A stretch of DNA of 55,649 bases, taken from assembly GCA_002327965.1 (NCBI GenBank), contig DCVB01000086.1, forward strand, positions 1 to 55,649, given 5' to 3'. The translations under genes were made by a program, and so were the position numbers. The notes beneath the pieces were generated by a model that did no database searches, had not been told where the DNA came from, and was given only the letters and a program-made list of their open reading frames with translations. This DNA comes from Candidatus Aminicenantes bacterium UBA2199. GTDB taxonomy: Bacteria; Acidobacteriota; Aminicenantia; UBA2199. This document shows, piece by piece, positions 54,961 to 55,649 of this stretch (its first letter is position 1; each line of letters starts with the position of its first letter).

Positions 54961-55649
54961 ATGAAAAGAACTTTTGTTTTCGCCGTTTTCCTCGTTTTAT
55001 CGGCGCTTGGCAACGCGGTTGAGGGAAAGATTCCCAGGCTGGATGGTCCCTGCCTGGGGCAGGCGCTTCCGGGGATGGAACCGCAAGTCTTCGCCCCGGG
55101 GATCGTCTCCACCGAGCTTAATACCCGCGACATCGCCATCACCCCAGACGGCAGGGAGATCTATTTCTGCGTGAATGCCGCCGGCTTCACGTTTTCCACC
55201 ATCATGGTCACGCGGCTGCGGGACGGCGCCTGGACCGAGCCTGAGGTGATGGAGCACATGGAAGACCCGCGCTGGAAAAACGCCGAGCCCTGCATTTCCG
55301 CCGACGGCAAGCGCTTCTTCTTTTTTTCCAACCGCCCCGACCCGGGCAAGGAGAAGGTCGACGAGGACATCTGGGTGATGGAGCGCGAGGGCGACGACTG
55401 GGGCGAGCCGCGCAACCTCGGCCTGCCGGTGTCCTCCGATGCCCCGGAGTTTTTCCCCTCGCTCACCCGCGACGGCACACTTTACTTCACCCGCCGCGAG
55501 GAGTCAGGCGTAGAGCGCATCTTCCGTTCGCGCCTGAAGGACGGGAAGTACCAGGAACCGGAAAAGCTGCCGCCGCAGGTCAACTCCGGACAGACGTGCT
55601 ACAACGCCTTCGTCGCCCCCGACGAGAGTTTCATCATCATCCCGACCTA
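54961..55649 (+). CDS. 3'-truncated exported TolB/PD40 beta-propeller protein
   Basis: Translated by hand: MKRTFVFAVFLVLSALG...PQVFAPGIVST...TPDGREIYF...PCISADGKRFFFFSNRP...DIWV. Open to the window end. Confidence 0.8.
   Translation, partial: MKRTFVFAVFLVLSALGNAVEGKIPRLDGPCLGQALPGMEPQVFAPGIVSTELNTRDIAITPDGREIYFCVNAAGFTFSTIMVTRLRDGAWTEPEVMEHMEDPRWKNAEPCISADGKRFFFFSNRPDPGKEKVDEDIWVMEREGDDWGEPRNLGLPVSSDAPEFFPSLTRDGTLYFTRREESGVERIFRSRLKDGKYQEPEKLPPQVNSGQTCYNAFVAPDESFIIIPT

Overview
GC-rich bacterial chromosomal window from a probable anaerobic, protein-degrading diderm (gene content is reminiscent of Ca. Aminicenantes or Deltaproteobacteria-like lineages; this is inference only). Left to right: (1) an 'orange protein'-like NifX/DUF5320/MinD-FeS/Mrp cluster containing a probable deletion-fusion gene; (2) a Zn/Mn-type uptake operon led by a CxxC+RAPP (DUF2946-like) leader peptide behind a near-consensus promoter; (3) a TonB-receptor/ECF operon with a NikR-type palindrome over its -10 element; (4) exported peptidases and two flavodoxin-like genes; (5) the most striking locus, a minus-strand translationally coupled operon encoding a 1675-aa exported S8 subtilase plus C25 (gingipain/PorU-like) protein, a PqqD/RRE protein, a radical SAM/SPASM enzyme, a 60-aa Cys-containing YxxPxL precursor peptide and an HprK-like P-loop protein, i.e. 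a candidate RiPP system; (6) a co-directional glycan locus with two more radical SAM enzymes; (7) more exported peptidases and small genes. Three intergenic regions carry related composite 6/7/8-mer repeat modules, and there is one GTAG-type REP. No rRNA, tRNA, CRISPR array or transposase was seen. All family calls come from motif recognition, not database searches.
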